Assembly (NCBI RefSeq): GCF_039654945.1
Contig: NW_027361878.1
Coordinates: 23,002,001-23,066,000 of the forward strand
Source: Dendrobates tinctorius
Lineage: Eukaryota
DNA: 64,000 nt
Direction: 5' to 3'
Part shown: in pieces, positions 12,446-26,721 of the stretch
Position numbering within the stretch: position 1 is the stretch's first letter
Layout: every line of letters starts with the position of its first letter
Translations under genes and position numbers: made by a program
Notes under the pieces: generated by a model
Told to the model about the DNA's origin: nothing
What the model saw: only the letters and a program-made list of their open reading frames with translations
The model's database searches: none

Positions 12446-14116
12446 GGGACGTGTAGGAGAGGGCTGTTATGGGGGATGTGTAGGAGAGGACTGTTATGGG
12501 GGACGTGTAGGAGAGGGCTGTTATGGGGGACGTGTAGGAGAGGGCTGTTATGGGGGATGTGTAGGAGAGGGCTGTTATGGGGGACGTGTAGGAGAGGGCT
12601 GTTATGGGGGACGTGTAGGAGAGGGCTGTTATGGGGGATGTGTAGGAGAGGGCTGTTATGGGGGATGTGTAGGAGAGGGCTGTTATGGGGGATGTGTAGG
12701 AGAGGGCTGTTATGGGGGATGTGTAGGAGAGGACTGTTATGGGGGACGTGTAGGAGAGGGCTGTTATGGGGGACGTGTAGGAGAGGGCTGTTATGGGGGA
12801 TGTGTAGGAGAGGGCTGTTATGGGGGACGTGTAGGAGAGGGCTGTTATGGGGGACGTGTAGGAGAGGGCTGTTATGGGGGATGTGTAGGAGAGGGCTGTT
12901 ATGGGGGATGTGTAGGAGAGGGCTGTTATGGGGGACGTGTAGGAGAGGGCTGTTATGGGGGATGTGTAGGAGAGGGCTGTTATGGGGGATGTGTAGGAGA
13001 GGACTGTTATGGGGGACGTGTAGGAGAGGGCTGTTATGGGGGACGTGTAGGAGAGGGCTGTTATGGGGGATGTGTAGGAGAGGGCTGTTATGGGGGACGT
13101 GTAGGAGAGGGCTGTTATGGGGGACGTGTAGGAGAGGGCTGTTATGGGGGACGTGTAGGAGAGGGCTGTTATGGGGGACGTGTAGGAGAGGGCTGTTATG
13201 GGGGACGTGTAGGAGAGGGCTGTTATGGGGGACGTGTGGGAGAGGGCTGTTATGGGGGATGTGTGGGAGAGGGCTGTTATGGGGGATGTGTGGGAGAGGG
13301 CTGTTATGGGGGATGTGTAGGAGAGGGCTGTTATGGGGGATGTGTGGGAGAGGGCTGTTATGGGGGATGTGTGGGAGAGGGCTGTTATGGGGGACGTGTA
13401 GGAGAGGACTGTTATGGGGGATGTGTAGGAGAGGGCTGTTATGGGGGATGTGTGGGAGAGGGCTGTTATGGGGGATGTGTGGGAGAGGGCTGTTATGGGG
13501 GATGTGTGGGAGAGGGCTGTTATGGGGGATGTGTAGGAGAGGGCTGTTATGGGGGATGTGTGGGAGAGGGCTGTTATGGGGGATGTGTGGGAGAGGGCTG
13601 TTATGGGGGATGTGTGGGAGAGGGCTGTTATGGGGGATGTGTGGGAGAGGGCTGTTATGGGGGATGTGTGGGAGAGGGCTGTTATGGGGGATGTGTGGGA
13701 GAGGGCTGTTATGGGGGATGTGTGGGAGAGGGCTGTTATGGGGGATGTGTAGGAGAGGGCTGTTATGGGGGATGTGTAGGAGAGGACTGTTATGGGGGAC
13801 GTGTAGGAGAGGGCTGTTATGGGGGATGTGTAGGAGAGGGCTGTTATGGGGGATGTGTAGGAGAGGGCTGTTATGGGGGATGTGTAGGAGAGGGCTGTTA
13901 TGGGGGATGTGTAGGAGAGGGCTGTTATGGGGGACGTGTAGGAGAGGACTGTTATGGGGGACGTGTAGGAGAGGGCTGTTATGGGGGATGTGTAGGAGAG
14001 GGCTGTTATGGGGGATGTGTAGGAGAGGGCTGTTATGGGGGATGTGTAGGAGAGGGCTGTTATGGGGGATGTGTAGGAGAGGGCTGTTATGGGGGATGTG
14101 TAGGAGAGGGCTGTTA
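12446..14116. repeat. G-rich 27-bp minisatellite (VNTR), ~62 copies
   Basis: Unit gga[c/t]gtgt[a/g]ggagagg[g/a]ctgttatggg with only three variable positions. Confidence 0.97.
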
Positions 14117-15675
14117 CGGTGGATATTTAGAAGAAGGCTGTAATGGGGGATATGAAGGAGGGGTCTGTTGGGTGATGGTGGGGTGGGGCAATGCTGGCAC
14201 CGGGATGAGCATGTCTTGTTTTAACAGCATTGGGTGAAAAATCTTTTTAAAGTGGCTTTCTTAAGTTTGAAAGTAATCCCATATCCATGGAAGTTTTCTC
14301 CAGCGATGGACTTTATGAATAAAACGTAACATTTATTGTATTATCATTATAAAAGCAAGGACAATGGCATACCACTTATACCCTGGAGGCAAAACCAACA
14401 CGTTTAGACAGCTAGGTCTTAGTCATTCTAGTCGCTGTGGGTCTGACCCTCTGAAATCCCCTGTGTGAATCATACATAGGTCAATCATACGCACTGCTGC
14501 GCCATTCATTCTAATGGGCGTGCCAAAGACCAGCCTTGGCATTGTTATAAAATAATGTAAATTCTGTCTCGCCGTACTTGGAGTTGCCTCGGGTACTTTC
14601 TGTGCTCACACCACCTCTTGGTGAGTCAGAATGTACACCTATACCTGGCATCGGCCCATGTACCCATGCTGCCAATCACCTGATGAACAAGAAAAAAGGC
14701 TCATGTATACCAGTATAAAAATCATCGGCAGCACATCCCCCATGTTAACAGGTGATGTGCTGCCGATGACAAGATACTGGACAGTATCTGGATTGTCTTA
14801 TCCATTGGTCTGTCCCCTCAGTTTGTGTGGCCCCGTCGAACTGGCCAGGAAATAAGCCCTGATGAGTTTTATATGGTAGATCGGCGCTTATTAATGGGCA
14901 TTTACGAAAACAGCGATCCCTCCTGGCTCCCCTGTACACATGCAGATCCAACCAAGTTTTTTAAAGTGCTGTCCCCAGCAGGACAAGTAATAACATTCTG
15001 ATCAGTGGGAGTCTGACTGCTTGGCCGTCTACTGATCTCGAGATCAGGGCTCTAGAATGCCCTCAAAGGAATGGAGTGTTGGCCACGCGTGCTGGAGAAA
15101 GCTGTGTGCTGCACTTTGCTGTCTCCACCAGTCCCATAAAGGAAAGGCGCAGAGGTTCTCATACACTTTCAGTTCTGTGCAGTGTGTGAGGAAATCTGCA
15201 AAAGAAAGTATTCAACCCCTTTAACCACTACCCCTTTCAAGTGCAACCTCCACCCCTCTGGTCAGGTCAACGCTAGCACGCATGAGAGCACCATATTCAC
15301 CACCTGTCCAGTCAAATGCTGCTGTAGGTGAGTGCACCACTCCTCCAACTATCTGTCCAGTCAAACACTGTTGGCCATGACCACATATGCAAGACACCAC
15401 ACCACCAGCCTCCTCCTCCAGTGAGGGTTCTCTGGTGGCGGACATGTGACCACAAGTATGCGATTTGCATACATGAGGCCACGTGCTGACTAGACGTGAG
15501 CATCTTCATTCAATGTAAGTGTATTGGACAAGGCTACTTCTAGTCAATGTGGCCTGAAGAATGCAAATCGCATACTTGCATTCTCATGTCTGCTCTCTCC
15601 TGGCATTGAAAAATCATCACCGTGTGCTATGAGGATTCCCAAATTTGCAGTTACATAGAGTAGCTGTCACAACTC

Positions 15676-16050
15676 TGTTGTTGGGTATCCCGGGACCAGG
15701 GGCTCCTTCCCTGTCCCTAACACTAGGGGTGCCCTAGCTCACCCTGTTCCCCTAATTACTTCTGATGGTGAAGATGCCGGGGTCATGTACCTTGCCTCAG
15801 CTCCTGAATCCACGCTCAGTCTCTACCCTTCTCCCTCCCATGGAAGAAGGGAGAAGTAGTGAACCTTAATACACCAACCAGATTAACAAGGTAATACGAA
15901 CAGGGATAAAGGAAAATACCAATCATATAAATATACTCACACATACAACAGAGGAATGCATCGGGGAGTGAAGGATGGATAAAACCAAAGTAGGAGAAGA
16001 AGTGACTGTAGCTGCAGACTTGTACACCACAGCCGGACAACCACTTTAAA
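15676..16050. mobile_element. Truncated LTR-like fragment
   Basis: Starts tgttg.. with ccctgtccctaacactagggg..ccctagct, resembling the LTR at 16487; no second end or TSD found. Confidence 0.35.
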
Positions 16051-16486
16051 CCTGTGTGTGTTCCTTGCCCACATGTCAAGAACCACAGCACAACTGCACC
16101 TTGTAAATATACTCTATAAACCTGAAATATGTGGTATGTCAACACTTTTTTATTGCCACTCCATAAAAAGAAAAAATCTACATCAAAGTTATACGTTTGA
16201 TTTCCTTGTACATGCAACTAAACTGTTTTGCCTTCCTCACCTTTTTTCAACATTTGATTTATTTTCTGTATCCTACTTTTTTCTTTTAAAACTTTTTTTA
16301 AAACTTTTCAAATTAATTTTATAATTTATCTGTCAGCACAAAATGACTTTTCAAACTAAGCACAGGTGCTCGTTGCCCTTGTGGCTGAACAGATCACTGC
16401 AGCTTCCCAGCTACTTGTTTTCCATCCATCATCCATCTCCACTCTCTTCATCTTTGATTGACAACTCTGGCTTTACAAGATCCAAG

Positions 16487-17078
16487 TGTCATGCTGGGTG
16501 AGGGTGAAGCAAAGTGCAAAAAGACTGGAAGAGGGAGGGGAAGCCCAAATACTAGGGAAGGGGGAGTGGAGACCCCTAGGCAGATCTAACAACACTCTTT
16601 GTCGCCTGATGTCCCTAAATAGGTTCCGCACCTATTGCAGAGCAGGAGCCTAATCCCTGCCTGACCCTAGCGATAAGCCTTGGGTAGGGAGGGGACGGGT
16701 TAGGCACTAGTCAGCTCCCACTACAACTAAAGACAGAAAGTGTGGACAAACAAGGGGATACACTCAACTTGAGAAGCCTACTGAGATATCAAGCCAGTAA
16801 TCCTCCAAGAGTACTCCAAGAAGACACTAGTTGACTGCTAGTACTTCCAAACCGACAGAGGAAATTGAGCTAACACCAGCACCTTGCTGAAGAGACTTAA
16901 GGTATTTAAACCTTCAGCAAGGGTGTGTTAATTGGCAGCAGAAGGTGGAGGTAACTGTTGGGTCCTAGAGGGAGAAGGATATCACTCCATAGAGATGCAA
17001 AAATCAAGACTGTGCATGTAGAGAGAATCGCAATGACCTTCTACAGCCGGATCCAGGATGACTGACACACCCATGACA
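16487..17078. mobile_element. Solo LTR (592 bp)
   Basis: TGTCATG...CATGACA termini and 5-bp TSD ccaag (16482-16486, 17079-17083). Confidence 0.85.
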
Positions 17079-18459
17079 CCAAGGGAGGGTGGAGATAGAG
17101 GGAAAACAAGAAGGTGCATGGCCACGACAAGGGTGCACAGAGCGTCTGTGCTTGGCTTGAGCAGTCATTTTGTGCTTACGGAGTTGCTTTAAGTACATCA
17201 TGCGGCATAATTGGTGCATTTCCAATCTTTTACGTTATACTACAAGCTCGTTTCCTCTGCATTATAGCAGTTTTTGTAACAAAAACAGATTGCGGCTTAA
17301 AGGATGCGGCGTACAATGTAACATTAAATCTCATTTGTGGCCGTTAGTTCTGGCAGAGCTGCTAGGCGGCTCGGGTCTGCGCTCTGCTTTAGGGCGACCA
17401 TATTGTCTTTTGTCGCGTTAGCATTTCTGTCTTAAGCTCGCCTGCCTATCTCCGAATGAAGACGAGATGATCATCAGACGTCGAGGATTTACATAAATTA
17501 CGCTTTTAGCTACTTCTCGTCCCTTTGATGAAGACAGATCACCCGGCCCCTAGGACTTTTAGTGGTTCCATGTGATAAGGAGAATGTCAGCAGCATTTCA
17601 CATCCTGACGGTTTCATTGCAGTAGTGGAGCACGCAGGGCAGATGTCAGCCCGGAAAAACATAATTAATATATTCTTACCATAGGAAGGCAAAAGAAATG
17701 ATATTTTTAGAGATATTTGGGCGTAAATCACCCTAGGATCTTGTGAAAGGTTCAGGCATTTTGTAAAATAGGCTCTTTTTTTACATTTTCGGTTGCATTT
17801 CACGCACCTACTATATGATTTGTATGGCAGAACACACATTTTATATACCTTCGTTGTGCTGTTCTCATTTGCTGATGCTTTTTATAGACGAGGCAGTAGT
17901 TGTGCCGCTCTATAATTACTCTTTTTCTAGGGCTCGTGCATTCGACAGTATTGTTGATCCAAGTGCTATCCATCAAAAAACGGACAGTACTCGGACCAAT
18001 GTTATTCACTGGGGCGCTGCAGAGGAACGGTTTTTGTTCTCAGACCGAAAAAAAACTCAGCATGCAATAGCTTCCTCCAAAAATTGGATAAAACTTCTCC
18101 ATTCAAATCTATGGGTGCGAGAAAAAAATTTCATGCCATGCGGAACCGCAGTATAACATCCGATTTTTATGGATACACTGCTTTCTGTATAAATGATTAA
18201 TAACTGTTGGGTAATTATGCCAACTACTATTTTATATAAGAGGATAGAGCAACAGCAGAGAGGCCCACCGGGGGATTCTCCTGCTCTACCGTGGGCTAGT
18301 CCAAGATCGCATGTGCTATATGTGTTTTTCACGGATCCATAGACTTATATTGGCCCTTTTCATCCGAGCGGCCGGAAAAAAGACATGTCTCCTTGTGTGT
18401 TACATGGACACACAGTCTGTGAAATAACCTGGACATGTGATCAGCACGATGGATTATAA

Positions 18460-18837
18460 GGCTACATGCACACGTTGCGGATTTGTTGCGGATCCGCAGC
18501 CGATTTTCCACGCGGAACCGCTGCAGATCCGCAAGTGTGAAACAAAACAATGTTATTCAATGAGAAAAAAAAATTGCTGCGGAAAATTCCGCACGGAATT
18601 CGCAGCGGTTTATTTTTCGCAGCATGTCAATTCTTTTTGCGGATCCGCATGTGTTTTACACCCATTGAATTAATGAAATCCATAGGGGTAAAAATGCATG
18701 TCAATCTGCAACAAATCCGCACTAAATCCGATCAAAAAACGCACAAAATCATGGATTTCTACATATGTTTTCTGACAAGAGATGCAGAATCCGCTCAGGA
18801 AATTCTTGAGCCCAATCCGCATGTGTGCACATACCCT
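18460..18837. mobile_element. Harbinger-like MITE, apparently nested in an older MITE (~17930-18880)
   Basis: TIRs ggctacatgcacacg / catgtgtgcacatacc; repeated tgcgga/tccgca motifs; T-W-A flanks. Confidence 0.65.
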
Positions 18838-19246
18838 GATGGAAGAAAAGGATGTAACACAGAGGTCTGAATGAGGCCTTTAAAAGGGACGGAACTTGGA
18901 TGGAACTCTGATCTATAAAGTCTGTCTTGAGCGTTCGACATAGACTTTTATAGCCAAATCTGATCCACAGAATGGATGAGAATAGTCCGTGCTCTGAGTC
19001 TCACTGACCGGAGACATGGATCCACTTGTAAACCTGATTTATTTATGGATCAAAGAAACTTTATGAATCAGTGTGATGTGCGGAAAAAAAAACGGACAGT
19101 GTTAGGAGGTGGCACGCGAATGTTTCAAGGTAGGTTTAAGAAAAAACTAATATACACTTCTCCATGTACCTGTTTACATGGGCAGACCTGAAGCACTAAG
19201 AGACCGCCGATCAAGTGGTTTGTTTGCCGTTCAAAGGTCAATTAAT

Positions 19247-21817
19247 AGTTTAGTGCTCCTGGACAGTCTGTGGTGCAACGTGGCATTGGTGGGTGGAACG
19301 AGATATGATGTCCCAGATGTGCTCGATTGGATTCAGGTCTGGGGAACAGACAGGCCAGTCCATAGCATCAATGCCTTCATCATGCAGGAACTGCTGACGT
19401 TTCAGCCACATGAGGTCTAGCATTTTCATGCAGCATAAGGAACCCAGGGCCAACCGCACCAGCATATGGTCTCACAATGGGTCTGAGGATCTCATTCGAG
19501 TACCTAATGGCATTCAGGCCACCTCTGGCGAGCACATAGAGGGCTCTGCGGCCCTCCAAAGAAATGCCACCCCACACCATTACCAACCCACTGCCATACC
19601 GGTCATGCTTGAGGATGTTGTAGGCAGCAGAACCTTCTCCATGGCTCTGGGCCAGCATCAGCACCCGGTTCACCAGGGCATGTGCCAGGGCCCTATGCAG
19701 GCAGAGGGGCCCACTTGCTGTCGGGTACACCGGAGCGATATGGGGGCCCAGTGTCTGTGCCATGGCCCACGAGTGCCCCCCACTTGATCAGGGCTCTGGC
19801 ACTTGCGATACTTACCTCTCCCCGTTCCACCGCTGCGGCGTCTTATGCGTCCTCTGACTGTGACGTTCAGGTCAGTGGGCATGATGACGTCAGGTCTGGG
19901 CACCCTCTGCCTGAACAGTCAGTGCAGAGAGCCAGAAGACGGTGACGGTGAGGAGTCCGGAGCAGAGCAGCAGTCAGCAAGGAGAGGTGAGTATTTCTTT
20001 TTTTTTAAGTTTGGACATTATACATGGGGACCATCATATATGGAGCATTATATTATTGAGCCCATTATACCCTGGAGAATCATATATGTGGTCCCTTCAT
20101 GCACTGGGGAATCATAAGGGACCCATTATATTTGGAGCATTATATGGGGCCTATTACATATGGAGCATTATATGGGGATTATTTTGTATGGAGCAACAAA
20201 TGGGGCACATCATATACTGTATGGAGCATTATATGGGACTCATACTGTATGGAGCAAGATATGGGGCTCATTATACTCTATGGGGCCCATCCTATACTGT
20301 ATGGAGCATTATATGGGGCCCATTATATAATGGAGCATTAAATGGAGCTCATCATATACTGTATGGAACATTAAACAGGACCCATTATGTATCTAGCAAT
20401 ATATGGGGCTCTTTATTCTTTATGGAGCATTATATAGGGCCCATTATACGGTATGGAGCAATATATGGGGCTCATTATACTGTATGGAGCAATATATGGG
20501 GCCTATTATATACTGTATGGAGCAATATATGGGGCCCATTGTACATTATGAAGCAATATAGGGGGCTCATTCTAATTTATGGAGCAATATATGGGGCCTA
20601 TTATATACTGTGTGGAGCAATATATGGGGCCCATTATACATTATGGAGCAATATATGGGGCTTGTTCTAATGTATGGGGCAATATATGGAGCAATATATG
20701 GAGCTCATTAAACTATAGAGCACTTTGCGGTGCCCATAATACTGCATGGAGCAATATATGGGGCTCATTATTCTGTATGGAGCACTATGTGGTTCCCATA
20801 ATACTGTATAGAGGACTATACTGTCCGGTTTCTGACCTATTGCAGAATTCACAATAGATATCACTTATGTAATGTAAGAAATAAGTGAAATCTTTGGCAT
20901 TGTTCTATACCTATATTTGTCTGCCGTATCCGTGCATCATGAATTGTGGTATGACCTAGAGGGGCCCACTGAAACTCTCCTGGGGCCCATGAAAACCTTG
21001 AGCCGACCCTGCCATGGCTCTCCAGACTCTGTCACGTCTGTCACATTTGCTCAGTGTGAACCTGCTCTCATCCTTGAAGAGCACAGGGCGCCAATGTCGA
21101 ATCTGCCAATCTTGGTGTTCTCTGGTGAATGCTAATCGTCCTGCACAGTGTTGGGCTGTAAACACAGCATCCACTTGTGGACGTCGGGCCCTCATACCAC
21201 CCTCATTGAGTCTGTTTCTAGCAGTTTGAGCAGACACATGGATGTTAGTGTCCTGCTGGAGGTAATTTTGCAGGGCTATAGCACTGCTCCTCTTGTTCCT
21301 CATTGCACAAAGGAGGAGGTAGCGGTCCTGCTGCTGGGTTGTTGTTCTTATACAGCTCTCTCCATATCTTATGGTATACCGGCCTGTCTCCTGGTATCTG
21401 CCCCATTGTCTAGGCACTGTGCTGACAGACACACTTACGCGTCTTGCCACAGCTTGCATTGATGTGCCATCCTGGATGAGCTGCACTACCTGAGCAACAT
21501 CTGCCTCATGATGCTACTGTACTGTACCTCTAGATGTCAGAGCAATGACAAAATGCAAAAGTGATCAAAACAACAGCCAAAAGGATGAGAACAGAGAAAT
21601 GGTCTGTGGTCACCCCCTGTAGAACCACTCCTTTATAGGGGTTGCCTTGCTAATTGCCTATTATTTCTACCTGTTGTCAGTTCCATTTGCACAACAACAG
21701 GAGAAATTGATTCATAATAGGTGTTGCTTCATAACTGGACAGGTTGATTTCATATAAGTGTCATTGACTTGGAGCTACATTTTGTTTAAGTGTTCCCTTT
21801 ATTATTTTTGAGCAGTG
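19247..21817 (-). mobile_element. Decayed Tc1-family transposon, interrupted by a hAT element
   Basis: Minus-strand fragments: HTH ([16 protein letters not shown]), [44 protein letters not shown]; terminus ...tttttgagcagtg|ta at 21817. Confidence 0.9.
19647..21011. mobile_element. Non-autonomous hAT element with an internal ~28-33-bp minisatellite (~20020-20820)
   Basis: Termini ctgggccagc / gccgaccctg; perfect 8-bp TSD ccatggct (19639-19646, 21012-21019); repeat tatggagcaatatatggggcccattata. Confidence 0.85.
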
Positions 21818-21837
21818 TATATCCCCCATCCTGGTAT

Positions 21838-22030
21838 ATGCCACGTTCACACGCTCAGTATTTGGTCAATATTTTCCATCAGTATTTGTAAGCCAAAACC
21901 AGGAGAGGGTGATAAATACAGAAGTGGTGACGTGTTTCTATTATACTTTTCTTCTGATTGTTCAACTCCTGGTTTTGGCTTACAAATACTGATGTAAAAT
22001 AAACTAAACTAAATACTGAACGTGGCCTTA
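21838..22030. mobile_element. Palindromic Harbinger-like MITE
   Basis: gccacgttca..catcagtatttgtaagccaaaaccagga / tcctggttttggcttacaaatactgatg..tgaacgtggcc|tta. Confidence 0.65.
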
Positions 22031-23857
22031 AAGTGAATGGGTCAGCAAAAGAAGTGAACAGAGCAACCATCCATTTTTCACTTGGACTGAAAAAATGTCT
22101 CAATGAGATCTAATAATAGAAGAATTTTGGAAAACCTCCATGTTTGTTCCTAAAAACAAATAACACATGGATCAAAAATGAATGAAAATCAGATCCATCA
22201 CTCCGTTGTTTGTTTTTTTTCTTGCATACCAGGAAAATTACTTACGTGTGAATTTGACCTTAGGAACAGGGTGCTACTAACCTTGACCTCATAGATATAG
22301 GTCAGTGATATCCAAAACCATGGTGGATAGCAGCATAAATAGGACGTAAGGATATTCCGCCATCATCAGAGCACACAAGGATATTGCCATATTATTATCC
22401 AATCTGTTTGTACAGGTTAGTGAAAGTATCCCAGCCATTCTCTCTGTAGGACCATTTTTGGACATACCATACCAGTTGGTTTCCGATATTGTAGTAAGAC
22501 ATATGGGACTAACAGACTGAATGCCATTGCTATAGTAGCAAAGTTACAGCTCATTCTGCATTGCGACCACTTTCTGGATGAGCTCGTCTTATGTGACGCC
22601 TCGGGGCTCCTCGGTTTTTTATGTATGTGTGTACAATAAATTCTATGACAATGAACCTCTGTAATCTTTTTGCAATTTCTTCCCATATTGCTGCCAACAC
22701 TTTGTTTTGTTTGATGTGTCCTTGTATAATTACGTCTGGTGTCAATTGTGGTAGCTGCCATTGCCACTTGGCAGGGATTGCAGCTGTGAATTCCAAGGCG
22801 GCATGAATCATAATAAAACTTCAATCAGTTTCATAATGTGCTGCTCGAGAGCTCCCTGAGTCATTCCCATCTCATTTACTCGCATATTTAGCACACCCTG
22901 CACCATACATCATGATTTGGTCCGGAACGTGGAGTAAATGGAGCACGATACAGTCCGTCTGCTGAATATGCATATGGGCTTATTAATGGGAACAATCACA
23001 TTTATTAGGAAATGAAATGAGTCATGATGTTACGTATAGGAGGCTATAGCACCATCAGTACAAGCAGTGGGACATCTCAGTAGGGTGTAAAGATGTGTGT
23101 GACATAGTTTGGATCCAACCGAACCTATCGGCACAGCATATAACACAGAATACTCTAAAAAAAAAAACACAAAAAAAACACATTATAAAAAGTGAGCACA
23201 GAAAGCCACACTGTTTGTAAATATTTATTTAATGTGTTCTCTCTAAAATGTAAAGTGCTGCAGAATATTTGGACAAAATGGTAATAAAAATTATTATTAT
23301 ATGTTCCTATGGATTTACACTGTTGGTTGTTTTGCACTTGGCATTTTTTTGTTACTAAAATGTATTTTTTTTGGCATTTTGCTGCATAGGCTTTAAATGG
23401 AATTGGTCAGTAGGGTTTTGCTATGTAATCTTGAGTGCAGTATGAGGAAGGGACAGAGACCCTGATTCCAGCGATGTGTCACTTACTGGAGTGTGTGTTG
23501 CTGTTTCAATAACATCAGTGTTTTATCAGCACGAGATTATCACTACTGGACTAGGTGTCTTGTGCCTCCCAGTCCCACTAAGCCCCAACCACTGATTAGT
23601 TGCTTTTGGCCTATGCACAGTGCACACAGAAAGATACCAATCAGTGGCGTGGCCAAGGTCACGCAGGGCTCAGCATTCCGAGAAATGCTAGATCTGCAGA
23701 AGATAAATCAGTGAGCTTATCAAAACTGCAGCAAGCAGCTAAGTAAGCGACACATTGCTGGAATCAGGATCCCTGCCCAAACATTGTGCTGCTCTTAGAT
23801 TATATAGCAAAAACCTGCTGATAGATTTTCTTTAATACCAATCTAGGCAGAGCAAGA

Positions 23858-24367
23858 TATTTATTTATTTTACTCACTTATCTAGCGCCATTAATTCTGC
23901 AGCGCTTTACAGACATTATCATCACTGTCCACATTGGGGCTCACTATCTACATCCCCTATCAGTTTGTCTTTGGAGTGTGGGACAGTGGGAGGAAACCCA
24001 CGCAAACACGGGAAGAACATACAAACTCCTAGAACTAGGCGTTTAAGATTATGGCTATTTTTGGTATGGTAAAACAGAATTTAGATAACCAGTTTTACGA
24101 CATGGAAATTTTTTTGATTTTTCACAGCTCTAAATCTCTTTCTTGATTGGATATGCATATTTCTTTTACCTCTTTTTTTCCAACACACAATTTTGCTACT
24201 ATATGTGAATTTATTTGAAGTGTTCCAAAATCCACACAATCACGGGGAGAACATACAAACTCCTTGCAGATGTTTTCCTTTTTGGGATTTTAACCCAGGA
24301 CTCTGGCACTGCAAAGCAACAGTGCTACCCACTGAGCCACTGTACAGTGCTAACCACTGAGCCACCG
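23858..24367 (-). mobile_element. tRNA-derived V-SINE (interrupted)
   Basis: Reverse complement of the V-domain (ggaggaaacccacgcaaacacgggagaacatacaaactcc) and L2-like tail; same family as 26340-26566. Confidence 0.7.
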
Positions 24368-25094
24368 TAAGGTATGCCTTTATTAAGAGGCACTGATAAA
24401 AGAATATGGTTTGCTATATATTGTTTTCCATATGGAATTGTAATCACTTTCTCAACGTAAGGCTGGAGTTACACTAGCATTTATAAATTTGATCCGACGT
24501 CGATCCAGATAAGTCGGACGAGTGTCATGTGGGTACAATGCGATTTTTCTCACCTACCAGCCATATGACATCCGTATAACATGCGTTTTTAACATCGTTT
24601 TTTACATACAGTAATTATGACATTTTCCAACTAAGAAAACAATCTTTTCTACAGATAGAGATAGATTGGATAGACAGACAGACAGATAGAAAAAGAAAAT
24701 AGAGCAGCACTCTGCAAGATATATGCAAACACTGAAGATCAATTGAATCTAAACTATGCTATTACTCAGTAAGATGTTCTTACAAAAATGAAGGTTCTTA
24801 GTGCATAAATTGGCCAATTCATGTGTGCCCGTCAACCATGGCAAGGTGACCTTCCTCTGATGGGTCCTTATTCTACTGTACATATCTCTCTTGAGCTATC
24901 AGCCTACATTTAAAAGGACAAACATGTCCCTCCTGGGACATGAGCCTACAATTCAAATGAATAAGTAACACTGATGAACCTGCTGGTTAATGGGAGGAGT
25001 GCAGAGTCAGGCTGGAGGCAGTCACACCTCAAATAGTGGAGGTCACCTTGCCGTGGATTCAGAGATCCACAATGAACTTCTGGAGTGAGTTTGC

Positions 25095-25315
25095 TGCACT
25101 GAAAGTAAAGGGGCCGAATAATATGGCACGCCCCACTTTTCAGTTTTTGAATTTCCACAAAAATTTAAAATAACCAATAAATTTCGTTCAGCTTCACAAT
25201 TGTGTCCCACTTGTTGTTGATTCTTCTCCAAAAATTTACATTTGGCATCTTTATGTTTGAAGCATGATATGGGGGAAAAGGTCCAAGGGGCCAAATACTT
25301 TCACAAGGCACTGTA
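25095..25315. mobile_element. Tc1 terminal fragment
   Basis: Ends ..gggggccaaatactttcacaaggcactg|ta, with an internal direct repeat ggggccgaataa. Confidence 0.6.
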
Positions 25316-26339
25316 CTTCAGTGTTTGTTAGACATCAGGTTCCTGCCTCTGCACAGCAGGAATCCTGAGCCTTGCCCTCCACAGTCTCCCATTTCTCTCC
25401 AGCTGCAGAGGAGAGTGCTCAGCAGAGACGTCATTCCCAGCATCTTGCTCAGTCTACTGCTGTTGGCTTGGTTACTGCTGCCAATCAGGGTTCAGCTATA
25501 GTAACCTGCAATAGCCAGCAGCGAGCAGCTCCTGGGACTGTCCTTCTTTCGGTCCACTGAGCATGCCTGTGGGAAGTCCTCTCATTGGAGGTCTGAGGTC
25601 ACATGCTCAGGTCCTATTGTTGCTCGCATTGGACCACTAGGAAGGTCCCGGAAGGACACTGCTCATGGTGGGAACATAGCCTCGCTGTGCAGACTTCACA
25701 GTCACCAAATGAACCAGAGCAGAATTAATTCCTGACCAATACTTTATGAAATAATACAGGACACGTCCCTGCTGCTTTATGTCCTTTCACATTTCATGAT
25801 ACCCTTTTACTCAAGAGCGTTAACCACATGGTAGAGATGTCTCAGGACGGATAAATATAGAGGAAGGAGCTGTTATCCATCCTTAGACTTTCTGCCCAGT
25901 CTTGTGGAAATGAAGGCTCTCATGGCAGATGAGTTCCACCATCAGAATATGTTTTCCTGAAGAGCCGTCCTGGCGATGCTGGAGCTCTGCATCCATCATG
26001 TGTGCGGTCAGGTTCAATGTGATGGGCGAGATGTAGAGGAGCTTGTGAGACGTTGATGATGGGACCATGTTAGCGCCAATGCATGACATTAAAGAGCAGC
26101 CCCACATTTACATATCAGACGCCGACAGCTGTTGTCATCCGCGCGCCAATCTTACCATTCCCCTTCCTTAGCTGATGTCTGACAGATTGGCGAGGCATGA
26201 CTCCCCCATCCTGCACAGCCACATCGACTTTTTCATACATATTGTGCCGAAACTGCAGAATATTGGGTGTGCGTAATAAATTCTGATACGTTTTATTTCC
26301 TTATGTAATCAAGTCAGCAGTCGTCAGATTTTATTATTT

Positions 26340-26566
26340 GCAGCGCTGGAGTCCTGGATTCAAATCCCACCAAGGACAACATCTGCAAGGAGTTTGTATG
26401 TTCTCCCCGTGTTTGCGTGAGTTTCCTCCGGGTACTCCGATTTCGTCCCACATTCCAAAGACATACTGATAGGGAATCTAAATTGTGAGCCCCAATGGGG
26501 ACAGAGATAATGATGTCTGTAAAGCGCTGTGGAATATGATAGCGCTATATATGCAATGCATAAATA
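26340..26566 (+). mobile_element. tRNA-derived V-SINE with L2-like 3' tail
   Basis: B-box-like gattcaaatcc; V-domain ggagtttgtatgttctccccgtgtttgcgtgagtttcctccggg; tail gtaaagcgctgtggaatatgatagcgctata. Confidence 0.75.
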
Positions 26567-26721
26567 ACAAATGGGGGTCTCAATACATTTCTAAATACTT
26601 TGGAGATTTGCTTTCATGTTTTATTTATTTACTCTGGCTAATGTTAGCTGCAAATTTGTATAAAATGTGCAAAGAAGTTGAAACGCTGCATCCACATTTT
26701 GTCCAAAGACTGGAGTCTAGA

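Noticed and set aside
12366-14237. 623-aa Gly/Cys/Tyr-rich ORF (and the 555-aa overlapping ORF) as a keratin-associated/loricrin-like gene
   Set aside because: The length follows automatically from a stop-free 27-bp unit; the nucleotide repeats are near-identical with no synonymous-site bias. Kept only as a VNTR finding.
14383-14430. Possible Penelope-type hammerhead ribozyme remnant (minus strand atgactaaga..gtctaaacgtgttg)
   Set aside because: The core CUGAnGA and GAAA boxes are not intact, so it cannot be supported.
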